From: Penicillus capitatus
Lineage: Eukaryota > Plantae > Chlorophyta
Direction: 5' to 3'
Assembly: GCA_965649825.1 (NCBI GenBank)
Contig: OZ287696.1
Span: 2,171,724-2,235,723, forward strand
Length of the DNA: 64,000 nucleotides
In this document: positions 26,975 to 41,200 of the stretch, piece by piece
Layout: every line of letters starts with the position of its first letter
Position numbering within the stretch: the first letter of the stretch is position 1
Position numbers and translations under genes: made by a program
The notes under the pieces: generated by a model
Seen by the model: only the letters and a program-made list of their open reading frames with translations
What the model was told of the DNA's origin: nothing
Databases searched by the model: none

Positions 26975-28138
26975 ATGTCTTCATCCAACTCTCAAGATGC
27001 AGTTCCGTATCTGGCTATCGGTTGGGTGATTCTTGTCAACATTGTTCTTTATCTCGTCAACGAGAACTCGATTCTGCAAAGATGCATCGACCTGCGAGGA
27101 AGACTTCTTTGCGTGACAAACAGCAACAATGGAAGTCGGCATCCAAAGCAGTTTCTCTGTTGGGATATTTTGAACCCAGACGACACAGTAGAATCCCTTC
27201 AAGTCCACTATCCAAAGGAAGATGGCTTGTGCCCCAGGTCAGTGGTGTGGTATCCCTCAACGTTCTGCTTGTTTACAGAATAGTGGCGCTGATTTCTTTT
27301 GGATTCACCATTCTGTATCAGGCAGGTTATATAGTAGCAACGGATTTTCTGTATTCTTTCATCCTGAGCAGGGATTGTGGGGATCTGGATTTTCCAGTCC
27401 CACTTTCAATTGGGTGATCTACTTCTCAAACTGGACCTATGTTGGTTTCGGTCTCTACTGGGTGTCGGGCATCGCAATCTTGCTGACAGTGCGTGATGCG
27501 CCTATCTGCATTTCACCTCTCCATTCGTCTTCTTCGTAGAAACTGTGGCTGTATCCGGATGCGAAAGTGACTCAATGGACGCTCCTCCATAAAGGCTCCT
27601 TATTGCTTTTCGAGACCGTCTGCACAGCATCCGCATTTCTGACACTTTTTTACTGGACAGTCCTCTACGATGGCGTCACGGTCGAGCTGGACAACGTCAT
27701 GCGTCATGGGGTAAATGTCGCTACCATGCTCGTCGAGCTGTTGATGACGCGCTTCCCAATCGTTTCCTACCACCTTCAGGTATGCAGCCTTCCTTCCATT
27801 ATTCCTCTCTGATGCAAACAGACCCTTTGCAGCCGGCGTGTATGTACGTAACGATCTACGCCATCTTCCAGTGGACATACTATATCATTTCGAATGACTG
27901 GATCTATGGTGCGCTTGACTGGAACAATGGAATGGCCATCGCCTACTATATCGCCATTCCCCTCCTCGTCACTCTTTGCTTCTTTATGATGTGATAAAGC
28001 CGTCACCCTTGGTGTTTCTCACACGGTTTGTTTGCCAGGTATGCCGTCGCCTGGGTTAGGGAAACGATGATCGTCCGAAGACAATCGAACTATCGTATCG
28101 TGCGGGCCCAAGAGGTCCAAATGAGCGCGATGCTCTGA
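26975..28138 (+). CDS. Rolling-stone-like multipass membrane protein
   Basis: YFSNWTY, LFETV...FYWTVLY, NVMRHGVN, ELLMTRFPI, WIYGALDW motifs; ~5 short introns. Confidence 0.72.
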
Positions 28139-28230
28139 CGTGACGTTTCATTGTGTGCATTGCTCGATTCTGAGAGATCGTCTGAGATCTACGCTTTGTC
28201 CATCGCACTTCGTTTCATCTGGTACGCGAG

Positions 28231-29207
28231 ATGTCTGCCTCCCGGATCGCAACCCAGATCACGGCTAAGCCCGCCGCAGCATTCGGCAGACATGGACGCG
28301 TACAGGTCATCGCTTTCCGACAAAGAGGCAACTGTGTAAAGAGCGTACGCGTGTCGTCAAGGGAACGAGAAACATTCGAGTTCGAGCAGAGGCGGACCGA
28401 CAAGTGTGGTATCCGGGTAATGAACCTCCGGCTTGGTTAGACGGAAGTCTGCCCGGCGATTACGGCTTCGATCCTCTCGGATTGGGTTCTGACCCGGAAA
28501 CACTGAAGTGGATGGCCGACGCTGAAGTCATCCACGGGCGTTTCGCAATGATGGGCACCGCTGGAATCTTGATTCCCGGCGTACAACAATGGACAAGGAT
28601 CATCTCGATGCTCAAATGTCCATACATAGGTATTGACAAAAATCGGTATCCTAAACGTACCACAATGGTACGAAGCCGGAAAGGTTGCCATCGAGAACTC
28701 CAGCATCCCTTTCCGTAACGCAATTGCCTGACTGACGTTATACCAAACACTCCATGTTCGCTCTTTAGCTGCTTTGCTGGTCACACAGCTGTTTCTGATG
28801 GGATGGGTAGAGGTTCGGCGCTATCAGGATTTCAAGAATCCAGGATCTCAAGCAGACGGAGGATTCCTGGGTATCAAAGAGCCATTCAAAGGTGAGATAC
28901 TGTTGCACTGTCTGGACTTTGGTTTTGGTGAGCGTCCTGTTTTGCATCAGGTACCGGTGTCAGTTCCTATCCTGGCGGCATGTTTTTTGATCCCTTTGGA
29001 TTCGCCAAGGGAGACGAAAAGTCTGTGAGAGAACTCAAAGTGAAGGAGATCAAGAACGGAAGACTGGCAATGATTTCGATGCTCGGATATTTTGCCCAGT
29101 ATGCCGCCACAGGGAAAGGACCCGTCGACAACTGGTTTGACCATCTTGCAGACCCATACCACGTGAATTTCACATCGAATGGCGTGTCCCTGCCCTTCTT
29201 GGGTTAA
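28231..29207 (+). CDS. LHCA: Photosystem I light-harvesting chlorophyll a/b protein, Lhca7/Lhca8 type
   Basis: Transit peptide; WYPG...[16 protein letters not shown]; [10 protein letters not shown]; [14 protein letters not shown]; [10 protein letters not shown]; [13 protein letters not shown]. Confidence 0.96.
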
Positions 29208-29319
29208 ACGTCATCAAAGACACTCCGCTCTCAGACGAAGGGACCTTCTCTTTCTGGGTTTTGTTGTTAAACAGATACATTTTTGTATCCATACACTATG
29301 TGAAGAAAACGGCTAAAAC

Positions 29320-30393
29320 TCAGTCTAGAGGATGTCTTCCGACGATAGTCGTCCAATGGGACTGTACTTGCAATGGAACCGACCTAGACATCTCGACGTG
29401 ATCACCAGGAACGCGTGCATTGGTGTGGGCACCTTCGATGCCGCTTGACGTGAAAAACGAAACAAAGAGGCGTCCTAATGCAGCATTCTTCAGAAGCACT
29501 TGTGCTTCTGTGTGGTACGCCCTTGCTGAGAACAATTGTCGTGCGAGAATCGAAGAAGTGAAACGTAGGGTTACCTTCTATTAACGTTCGTTCTGCGTCG
29601 TGTGCATTATTGAAGGCAACGCAGTGAAGAGTGTTGTCCGTTTCGCCCCACAAGTACACACCCTTCGCTGCGTGATAGAATCCATCGACCTTTTCGGATC
29701 ATGCATTCAGCAGAAGAGATAGTGGATAGAGAGATCTCTTCACCACGAATGTCTTTTGACGACTTCTTACAGAGCCCTTCACACTTCCGTCGGCTCCAAA
29801 GTGCAATTCATAGTCCATGAAACACTGATCATCTCTATCTTTCGCCTGTGCCGTGTATCTAAGTGGTATGCGACATTTGATCTCAGAAACACACGTACGT
29901 CGCTTTGCGTACCTTCCGCTCGGCGGAACTGTTTGTGGAACTTCATTTAAGTGCGAATCGCGAACGGCGATGCGATATCGAGCGAGTTGTGCTACCTGAA
30001 GAGAATCGCCATTGCAGTGCCGATTTAAACATCACCGATCGGCGATGTCTTTTCCTACTTTTGTGAGTCCACGCTTTGTCGGTCTTGCACCATTCTCCAC
30101 AAATGCAATGCAGATCTGGCGGCATATGATAGGTATTCTAAAACAGATATGTGTGAGATGCGTGACCCTGATTGACCTCAAACGGCGATCCGCGCGTGCA
30201 TGAAAGCGAGAAGAAGTGCGACAAGGATGATGATAGCCACCAGCCAATGCTCGTCTGCTTCCTCGATCTGCTCCGTCGCTGCAAGGACAGACCTGACGGC
30301 TGATGTAAACAGCAATGCGATATACAGCATCTGCTCACGAGTCAACTCACGTCGCATCGAACAGTCGTCTTTCGACGTTCGCATTTCTCGCAA
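29320..30393 (-). CDS. Hypothetical multi-exon membrane protein
   Basis: Chain of short ORFs (30178..30393 with TM WLVAIIILVALLLAF; 29402..29659; 29320..29535) linked by intron-like gt...ag segments, e.g. gtaacc...ctcag at ~29575-29527. Confidence 0.4.
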
Positions 30394-30411
30394 TTGTTGT
30401 CGGGAACAAGA

Positions 30412-31945
30412 ATGGGAGAACTCTTAACAGGTCTCTACGGCGATCTGCTGGAACTGGAAGAAGTCTCCGAAAGGCCTCGTGCGAATGAACCCCCAACGCA
30501 AGCGACAAATAACGGAGACGCTGTGGAACAAGCAAACGCGGATGCACGTACCCCGCCACCAAATCGGGAAAGCTTGCCATCCATTACCAGAACTCCGGGA
30601 GTGATTCCGCAGAGCACTCCACGTCACTTCTCTCCTCGCATCCCCGTCGACATGGTCGTCTATCGTTGCCATTCGCTCCATAACGATTTGTGTTCTGGTC
30701 TGCAGAAACATGCGTCGCCAACGAAAGAGAAAGTGAAGTACTTTATCATGAAATCGAACAACAGCACAAACATCGACCGTTCCTTGGCCTCGGGAGTCTG
30801 GTCGACACAGCATCACAACGAGGCAAAACTCAACAATGCCTTTCTGGATGGATTCGAAGTCCGACTCGTTTTCTCGATCAACCAGAGTGGGCACTTTCAA
30901 GGGTGATATCTGCTGTCTGCTCTTCTGTCGTTGATCAATGAAAGAATGTGACAGATTTGCTACGATGAAATCTGCCATCGGTAGGGGACCTAAGCACAAT
31001 ATATGGGTAGGGTCTGCCTGGGGTGGCTTCTTTGAGATCGACTGGCAGCTGCAGTACGACTTTCCTTTCAACCGGTTTGAGCACTTATCTAATCCACTTA
31101 ACGAAGGTGCGGCGTGTTGCCTTTTGCCAGTGTCATGCAGATGATGGGTTGGTGGCTTAGGTAAACCAGTGAAGTTTGCCAGAGACGGGCAGGAGATTCC
31201 AGGAGATATCGGCAATGAAATGGTTCGAATTATGCAAGACATTGCAAGAGCAAATGGAGTGACGAAGCCCGTCGTTCCCAACCAGTTGAAAGTGGAGCCA
31301 TATCCACCCAGCAGTTTTTCAGAGGGCAGATCGGCGTCTGCGGATCGACGAGATGGTTTCGTGCCAAGAGATCGAGGAATGGGAAGAGCCCGTGGACATG
31401 GATATCGATGGGGGGATGGATATGGACGGTATGGTGGCAGTTACAGTCAGTACCCATATCCTTCAGACTCCACCTATCCCTACTCTTCCAGATGGAACGA
31501 AGGGTCTTACTACAATCATCCTTATGCTGGACCGTATTCACGGGACAGTTATGGACCTTGGGGTCGAACTCCTGTAGACGATGGCGCTTATGGTCTAACG
31601 GCAGATCGCAAGAGGCCGAGATCGCCATCGCAGCTTCAATCTTCGCCGAGAAAAAAGTCACTGTATGAGATGACGTATGACGAATACTTGGACTGCTACC
31701 AGAAAGTCCAGGAAAGAATCCAGGAGGTGATGTACACTGGAGAGCTTTGGAAAGCTCTTGGCATGGTACCGGAGAACTATGAATGGACAGAGGATGACCA
31801 GAGACGAATAAAGGAGAGTGGCTGGTTCTCTGCATGGTTTGGCACATTGGCGGGTGATGGCATTAGACAAAACGCCTCTGGACATCCTCCCGCAGAAGAC
31901 GCGGAAAGCAGTTCAGGAAGTCGAGTCATGACCGATGCCGAGTAA
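30412..31945 (+). CDS. YTH-domain m6A RNA-binding protein (YTHDC1-like)
   Basis: YFIMKSNN...GVWSTQ...NEAKLNNAF...LVFSINQSGHFQG; FEIDW; KPVKFARDGQEI; RG/Y-rich low-complexity tail. Confidence 0.9.
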
Positions 31946-32469
31946 GCTTTTCTTTCAACATGGACATCGATCGAGTCAGTAGATAGCGGGAAAGCCTCTG
32001 TGAAATTTCTGCCCTGCTGTTAGTTGAATGGACATGAGATGCGTTTAGTGTCGGTGAATGGTGATGCAATTCATAAGTCTGCACATTTTATACACAGTTG
32101 AACAGCGCATGTGGCTTTGTGTATACGATACACGCGTTCTATCTCTCTTCGACCAAGAATGCGGATATCTGTATGAACTGATGGCAGTCTTGTAGCTAGT
32201 GTTCTAATAATCCACTCATTCGCTGCCTCGTTTGCAATGGACTGTTTCATGCTGTGTGCTTGCAGGTTTGTTGAAGTGTGTCGTGAATTCTGCGGCGAAC
32301 AACTGCAGTTTGATGAAGGCAAGATTCGTGCATACTACGAGAAGATGAACAGGGTGAGAGGGCTAACAGCACATGTGATAGACTCGAGATGCTCTTGATA
32401 AGATCTACAAAAAAACTTGATCCATTTGCAGAGAGTTATCGTCAAACTGCAGAAGTTTCAGAAAGATCA

Positions 32470-35400
32470 CTAAGTCACAATTGGAGAGACTGAGAGAGTG
32501 GTATTCGATGTCCCTTCGCTTAGATTTGCTGAAAACGGAATCTCAAAGCGAACATCCTCCAGAAGACATTCTTTTGCCGTTTTGCAATAGTAAATCTTGC
32601 AGTCTATTTGAATCTTTGCTCCATTTTCCAGAGGACCCTGTGCCGAGTACTGCACTGTTACATTTGGAGACCGATTCGTTTTCACGATGCCACGCTCTGG
32701 GTCCAATTGAATCTGATCGCGCTCGCCTCCAACAAATCGCGCTGTAAATGAACTTGTAGCGCCCTTTGTGAATTCATATCCTCTCGGAAAAGCGACAGAT
32801 ATATCGATCGATCCATCTCTGGACTGAGTTTCGTCCGAGACAATGACCTGAATGAACACCCATCACGAGGATGCGTTCCTGCTGCGTCATATGCCAACCT
32901 TGGGCGGTATCCGTGCATCCGTATCGTCCTCTTCTTCCAGTGGAGACACTCTTGGGGGCGGCACGTCCTTCAATTCCAATGTGCTCAAGTATCCTGACGA
33001 CAAATCCAGAACTCTTATCAAGCTGTTGTTCGCGTCCGCCACAAACACCGTGTTCTTTGGTCCGAGGCATAAACCACTCGGTTCAGAGAGCGATGCTTTT
33101 TGGGCAATTCCGTCTGCATATCCTGCAGTGCCACATCCCGAAAGCGTCTTCACCGATGACGTACTCAGGTCACACAACTTGATTCTGTGATTATAGCTGT
33201 CAGCGATCAACACCTGATGCAAAATGCGTGTAATGCATGTTTGTAAGGAGAACAAGGATGGGGAAACTTTATCGTCTTCGATGGCAAGTACACCGAGAGG
33301 ATGTTGCAGTAAGACTTGGCTGAAACTTCCATCTCTGTCGCCGAAACGAAAGAGGTTGTCAGCAAAGAGTGGATCTCCTCCCGAGATTCCTTGACTGCCG
33401 CCGTTCGACAAGTCGAGTTCACGAATACTGCTGCTCTCACTGTCAGCAACAACCATTTTGTTCCGGGTGCCTGGCAACTGAGAGATCCCTGATGAGCAAG
33501 CATTTGACGATGATGTTCGCCAAGAATGGTGCTTGATACACACCGGACGGTTGTGCCCACGAAGTAGATTGTGCACTATCTCCATTTTTGTTACGCTCAG
33601 AGCCATTTCCACTGAAGGCTCTGATGATCCGAGACTCCACATCGTATCTCCAAATCTGGTGTTGCCCAGCCATAGCTACGAAGACGTCCGCGCCCTAAAG
33701 CAAACAAATCTCATTATTGACCCAGAGAGAGAACGCACATACAGTGGGCCCGAGTTCGACATCCCAAGGCGAACTTAGCTGCTGGCCCTTTCCTCTTGCT
33801 CCTCCTTTGTAATCGCGGCCTTGATAGCCATTTCCGGCGAGTGTCTGCACCATTCGTTCTTTCAGGTTCACTTGTCTCAGTGCGTGATTTTCAGTATCGG
33901 CAACGTACAGAGTGTCTCTATCAGCATCATAGCAGACACCTTGAGGCCTTTTAAAGCAGCAACTCTCATAGGGACCGTCTACGAGTTTGGCTCCGTTTCC
34001 ACCGATCTGGTCTATGAATTCCCCAGACATTGTCGTAACGACAATTCTGTGATTGTTGCTATCCGAGATAAAGAGTCGATTGCCCTTCATATCTGACGCC
34101 AATTTTCCTGGGAATCGAAGACCTGAGTCCAGAAGACGGTTGTCCTTGAGTTTTTCGGGGGCCTAGAAGACACCACTCGCTTTCTGCTGCGATGAAGACA
34201 CTCAAACCATGGGAATCGTCTTGTTGTCCAACAGATCTCTTTCTCCATAGTACTGAAGGCCAGCTGTCAGTAAATCGACAAGATCTTGGCGATGTCCTTC
34301 TCCAGGAAGCCTGAACAGAACCTGTCCTCTATGCCAAAGTGCTTTAGGGATCAACTACTGCAAGGTATCGGTGATACTTTGGAGACACGACAATGAGTGT
34401 TGGCCAGGAGTTCACTCCAAGATCTTGCCACAGTACCATGTTTCGATCATTTATGACTGGGTGACTGATATCGTATCGCAAAACTGCATTCCGTATAGCA
34501 GCACTGCACAACGACTCAGATCAGAAAGAAATGATGGATGCAGTTTGTGCAGACACCTATCCTTTTCGTTATCGAACTTGGCAGAGTGCACACCCACGAC
34601 CTCTACAGGCTTGTCTGCAAAGCTTCTGTCAATGTAGGCAAGATCCGGAAGCACATGCATGCAGTTAATACAGCAGTACGTCCAAAAATCCAGAAGAACC
34701 AGTTTGCCTCTCAAATCTCTGGTTAGAGAGAGTGGCGGAGAGTTGAACCAATCCTGTTTCGCAGGAAACTCGCCGACGTCCTTAATACAACCGAATACCA
34801 GATGAGCCTCAAAAAGAATCGCTTACGGCTCCTCCTCCTCTTCTTTCAACATCGGCAATGTATCTCTTAAAGCCTTCTACTCGATCACCCTTGTTGCCAA
34901 ATGCACCAGATGGTGTTTGGTTGAAGGGATTCAGTGCATCGACAAATGATTTAGGACTCACATACGACAATGCCTGTGGTTCAGTATTTGGGTTAACGGA
35001 CAGTATGTGTGTATTGTGTACCTGTGAACGAGAATAGAGTAAGTAAAGACAAGCGCTGGCCAATCCGAGATTCATGAATTGTAGAATACTCCTGCGGTTT
35101 GTCTTCCAATTGCCCGGCAACTCAACAGACTTAGTCAACCAGTTTTGCACCTGCAATGACAGCTCCCTCTGATGAAGAGGATGCAATTGAAGTGCACCGA
35201 ATTCTGTACCCCTGGCACATCTCTTCTTGAATCGGGAACAGGGAAAGCAGAAGTTAAATCATCAATCTTGATGTCTGAGATGCTGCTAAACACGTAATCC
35301 GCACCAGCATCCATCAATGCGGACGTCGATGACGTTGTTGCCACGCCAATACAAATCATTCCTGGATCTCAAATGTTGCTGGAAGGGGACGAGATTTATG

Positions 35401-36355
35401 TAAACCTGCTGCCTTTGCTGCTGTAACACCAGCGATCGAGTCTTCGATGACAATGCAGTGCTTCGGAGATACTCCAATGGCATTACTCGTTTTCAGGAAT
35501 ATATCTGGATGTGGTTTAATCTTTATCTTGCTGTCTCCGGTGAATATAGCGTCAAACATCGAAGATTCCAGATCGATGGCGGCTAAATTGGCATTCACCT
35601 GTTCACAATACTGAACACATGATCGTGCACATGACGAAACCTTTTCTGATCCGGCAGCTGATGCGATACCGACCCTTAGCTGGGCTGACAAACACGCCCG
35701 AACAAGATCAATGGCACCTGGAAGAGAACGATGCAAATGCAGAAAATGAAACTATGACTCATGCCTGGAAATGTGATGTCCGTATCCTTCAGCAAACTGA
35801 GATAGATTTTGAGGAATGTTTCCTGTGCAGCTTCAAGCTGAAACGATGCAATCCCAAATTTGGAAGCAATGCTCCCGAAATAAACTCTGTCTCCCATGCC
35901 TTGAAAGGGAATGAAGTCAGATTCTGATACTTGCACATCGTATAGAGTGAGAAACATCTCAGATGCTGCCCTTGCAGACAGCAGCTGACGGTTAGTAAGA
36001 TAAGACAGATGCCGAAGACAATTACCCACCGACGACAGATTTCTTCACTCTCGCAGAGAACACCGTCCATATCGAAAATCACACCACGCAAGACCGAGGG
36101 CCTGTTTTCTAGAGGAGGTTGTTCAAAAGTGGACTCGTGAGCGGATGGCGGAGAAAGACGCCCAAGTCTTCTCGCTGTGCATCGCTGTGCATTGCCATGG
36201 TGCGAACTTCTGTTTAGCTTAGGTCCGCGAGGGCGTGGAGGGACGCAGGCGAAAGCCAATTGCGTGACCACAGACACCGCAGATCTCATCAAAGTGTGGT
36301 CGAATGAAGGAGATCGCATCTTAAATTGAAGTAGAGTTGAGATGAATCTAACCAT
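32470..36355 (-). CDS. SOQ1: SUPPRESSOR OF QUENCHING 1-like (HAD phosphatase, TM, thioredoxin-like, NHL beta-propeller, C-terminal domain)
   Basis: VIFDMDGVL (HAD motif I), [14 protein letters not shown]; [13 protein letters not shown]; NHL repeats [34 protein letters not shown]; >10 short introns. Confidence 0.92.
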
Positions 36356-38262
36356 TTGCCGATCCAACCTCGCAGCCGTTTGACAAGTTCGACAAAAACG
36401 AACAACGTATGTCCGAGTATTGTTTGACCTCTATGAACCAACCTTATGGATTATCCAAGTTTTCAGCAGCCTATCGGCGGATCGTTATCGTTGTGCACAC
36501 AAATTTCAGATTTCCCTCTACAGACGGGAGCAGGTTTTATTCCGATCTGACCGCAAACAGCTTTCATACGAAGATTCTGAAACAAAAAATTATTCAAATC
36601 ACCTTAATTTCGCAGAAAGAGAGAATACAGGCTAGTTAAGTTTCCTTAAAGAAAACTTCCTGCAGATTTTACATTACATGTGAAATAACTGAGTCCAGCA
36701 ACCGTTTTGGTTGAATCTGTCCCACTTTCGTTACCTTCCAAGATTCGCGTTGCCAAAGTCTTTTCATGCAAACCGCTAATTACCCGACCCAGGAATCGTG
36801 CGAGCCGGATCCAAGATTGTCTCCGGCATATGTGCGTGCGTGAGTATTCGTGATGCTTAGTTGGGATCTCACCTTTGAAGTTGTATCCGATTGAGCTGCC
36901 CCGTGCCCTTCCTTCTCCCTTCATCCGTGGCACAAACAAACATCTCTCCAGTGACAATCTAATTTCTTGTTGTGTCGACATGTCGAAGTGTGTCTGTAGC
37001 AATCGAAGACAATATGCAAACTCTCATCCGATCCTTAGACTTACCGATTTGATGAGATCTAATGTGACATATGCCTGCAGGATGTCGATGGAGGCTGTGT
37101 GTGGTAAGCAGACAGGCAGGTGGGCATGCTTGTCTGTAGTTGGAAGCATGGAAAAATGGTGTTTCTGATGACAAGCACGTACGGGTATTATCATGCTAAG
37201 TAAACATCCAAGTTAGAGAGGAATGAAAATGTGTCTTGAAGACCCCACCAGAATTGTCGATCCCATGAAGGACGAAGATATTACTCACATATCATGAATT
37301 CCGATTCGGAGATATTGAGAAAGGGACAGCTGTGATCCCCTTGCCTATGGAGATCAGTAGAGTAGAGTGCAACTTGTGTGATGAAGACCTCTGCCTACGA
37401 TTCCTGGAGTATGGCTGGAGCAATGAAGACTTTCCTGTTTACCTTCTGACCAGAGTGCACCTGAGAGGAAGACGACGCTTACATGCTCCTCTCCCATCTA
37501 TGGTGTGAAAGTAAGAGTCTGTTTAGCTTGTGGAGAAGTCGATTTTTCCGCTGTGGTCTCTGAAGTCCTGTCGACGTCAGTGCGTGCTATCATCATGTGT
37601 CGATCGAGGATCTCAAAACAAGAAGACATGGAGTGTTTCATAGAGTGTCGGTAAAGATCTTCTGCAGTTACTGTGTTGGTGACGCATGACACTCAAACAC
37701 TCAAACACTCAAAGTATTTTGTCACAAAGGTACGGGCACTGTGAGTCATTCTTTGGGGTCTCCTCTCAATTGTACAAACTCTGCATTTACTTGATTGTGT
37801 CAGCTGAAAGGTACATTGAGTATTGTTTTCGTTGTGTTGTTGATCCAGACGATTATGAAGGTTCTGGCAGAATACTGCTTACTTACCATTACTTGACTCC
37901 ATTAACACAAGTTCAATGTACTTAACTTTATTAATGTGGAAGGCATGTGTCCTCTGCGACGCCGAGAGAGATGTTTCCTCGGATTCTCTCAATCTCTCAC
38001 ATGCGAAAACGCTAAGATAAAGCTCTGGTGTCAGCCAGAAAACTGTAACTGGAGCTAAGATTTTGTATTGGCAGGATGCGTCAAACCGCTAACCATCATT
38101 CGCATTAATCTCAATAAGAACGCGCGCGTGATTCATCGACACCATTGCGAACTTTACTGCGAACTTTGCTTATTGCAGCGAACCTGTGTCTTAACAAGCA
38201 AGTCTGTCCGTTACGCAACGCTGTGAGTGACGACGTTTTGTTTAGCAGATTACGACCAAAAC

Positions 38263-41200
38263 ATGCAAACGCAACCTGTGGACAAAGAATCGTCCGCCGG
38301 AGGACCATCCGCGTCGGGAAGCGGTGGAAAATCCCGCCTACCAGATTCCAACATCCATGACAAAAACGTATCAAAGCTTCTGCGCGCTGTCGTGGAGAAG
38401 CATGACATCGTCAGCACAAAGTCTCTTGTCGCGGCGTACAACGCCACGACGGATGTGAATGAGCGAACCGTTCTTTTTGACTGGTTGCTCAAATATGGCG
38501 AAAGAAAGGAAGACTGTCTCAAACCAAACGCCGTCGTTGAGTACTCAGAATTGGCAAAAGTTGCCTATGTCTCCGAACAAGATGCCGAGGTTGTGAGAAA
38601 CCTCGTATACGATATTGGTTCCTTGATCCGTCCTGGCGAATTTCTCGAGGAGAACGTCGCAAAGGCTCTTTTAAGCGCACTCACTTGGGCGGATGCGATC
38701 GTCTATGATGACCACGCACAGTTGATTGTCCTTGCTAAGAAACTACTGTTCAGTCTGTCTTCGGAACTAAGACTATCCAAACATAACTTTGCAAAACATG
38801 AAGCAAACTTTCTCGCAGTCCATCAGGTCTTTTTCCTTTTGCATAGCATCTGTCGTGGCCATTTGCTTGAGGAAGAGAAAAAAGAGCTTCGTCAAACAGT
38901 CGCGCAAAGAAGAGACGCGATGAAGCTATCCGTCCTGTACTACCCTGTTTTCTTTCACTTCGAGGTTATTCGACAAGCCGTCGAGCGTTTAGAAATAGAA
39001 GACGAGCCATCTCGTTTAACAAAAGCAACAAGATATACCGCATCTGGGCTTTACGGTGGAATACACGTCTTCCACTTTCTCAGAAGATTGGTCGGTGGTG
39101 ATATCGATCCCACATCAATCGAGGACGCATACAGAAAGGGTCGAGCAGTAATTGCCAGAGCGGGAGTATTGGAGCAGGAGTGGTATGACATACTTCAGAT
39201 TCTAACGGCGGCAAGGCTCAGTGCACTTAAATTAGAGAAAAAGTGTGAACTTCTTGCATTGGCATACGACACGGCGATAGAAGGGCAACGCAAAACGTCG
39301 AAAGGGGATCGTCAGAAAGCCTTAAGATTTGGCATCGTGCAAGAAATGCGACTGTTGGCAAGTGATAAAAGCTCCAGTCAAGATGGCCGCAAAAGGGCGA
39401 CGACGAAGCTAGTTGAATTGGCAACAAATCAAGCAATCTCGGAGAACTGGATTCAGGATACAGACGTCCTTACCGAGATTCTGGATTCTTTGCACGTTAT
39501 CCACACAATGGAGGAACAAAACCAAGAAATAACCGAAGCTCTCCAAAAGATACAACAATCATGCGACGAACGTGCTAGAGGAACGCTAAAAATTTGGCTA
39601 CAGGGCAACACAATGGAAGAGAAGCTTCGGATGCAACGCCATAAAGATACGAATACAGATCGCGCAGACGTATTCGGCAAAACAGGCGCAACTGTTGGGT
39701 ATCTGCATCCATCAACCATGCGTTCTGACATCGAAGACCTAAAGAAAACATACTTCCACGACAACTTTGCTACAGTGAGTTCATGTAATATTTTGTCGAT
39801 GAAACATAAATCTTGGCCATGTCGAAGGTGCCTTCTTTGTTTGAATCAGATGTCCGTATGCACGTGAAAAGTATGGAGCATCATGTTGTTATGTATGAAG
39901 AAGTTGTCGAAGAAAGGAATGTTGAAATAAGAGAAGAATACCATGAAGAAGGAGATGAAACAGAAGGGGAAAGTTCCACAATCCGTATAAGAGATGATCC
40001 AAGAGAATACTGTGAACGAAAAAGAAAGGTTACAACACCGATTTCGATAGAAGACTTGTTTAAACCGAGATCTTTGGAAGCGGGTGTCGACGAGAGCGAA
40101 ATCCGAAGAGTGCTTCTTTATGGAAATCCTGGATCGGGGAAGACTTGCATAAGCAAAGCCGTTGCACACAAATGGGCACTGGGAGAGATGCTGCAAGAGT
40201 TCAAAGCCATCTACGTGGTTCCGATAAGACGTCTAAATGTCGCCAGAGCCAAAGGGGTACGGGGAGAAACGCTTGAAGAAGTGATCGCGAAGATGTGTTT
40301 CAAGCAATATCGGAGCGTTACTGAATTTGAAGAATTAAAGACTCGAGTCAACCATGATCTCGATATGTCTAGCACATTGTTAATCTTTGACGGATTGGAT
40401 GAAGCTGATGACGATGCGAGAGATCTCCTTTCGGAAGCGGAGGAAGGCGAATGCAAACTTCTGATATTGACACGACCATACAATCTTCAAGGGATACAGA
40501 AAAAAGTCGACTGCCAATTTGAGTGCCTTGGATTCAATGACCAACAGCTCAGAAACTACATAAACAAACAACTGTGCCAAGACGAAGCTTCAAACCTTAT
40601 CCATTCTTTGCAACAAGATTGGGGTTTGTGGGAAACCGCACACACTCCAGTGACGGCGCACATTCTCTGTTCTTTGTCAAAAGCACATGGTACCTGTATT
40701 GAAGATCAACGAAAACGGAAGAGCATGTTTCAGATCTACAATGACATGAAAAATTTAGTATGGAAGAGGTTTGAAGAAAAGCCTGCAGCAAGAACGTCAA
40801 ACAAGGTGGCGATTTTCCGAGATTTAGAAAAAATCGCTTTCGAGGCTCTTAGAAATGGACAAATACTCATCGAACAACGAATCGTTGAGAAATACGCAAC
40901 TTCTGCAAACGCATCAAGATTCTTCAAAGAAAGCGGATTCCTATTGTTCGTGTTGGAGGGCCAAGAATACCAGTTTCCGCATCTCACCTTTCAAGAGTTT
41001 TTTGCTGGAAAACATATTGCGAGAAGCTTGAAAAACAAAGGATCGGAGGGAGAAATGCAAGTACTCGGGTTCATTCAAGAAGAAAAATACAATGAAAAGC
41101 ACGACCTGACGGTTTCCTTCGCAATGCACGCATTTGCAGAAGGCTGTGGCAAGTTTGCATTGCGAAGAATGCTCTCTATTGTCGACGAAAACCCCGTTGA

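Noticed and set aside
16922-36355. Functional plastid gene cluster (TOC159, LHCA, SOQ1)
   Set aside because: The genes are on different strands and interspersed with unrelated genes; plastid-targeted genes are common enough for chance proximity.
36640-37920. Short ORF-like stretches between SOQ1 and the NACHT gene (e.g. plus-strand ~37290-37510)
   Set aside because: No start/stop or splice-consistent model and no recognisable motif; cannot be supported as a gene.
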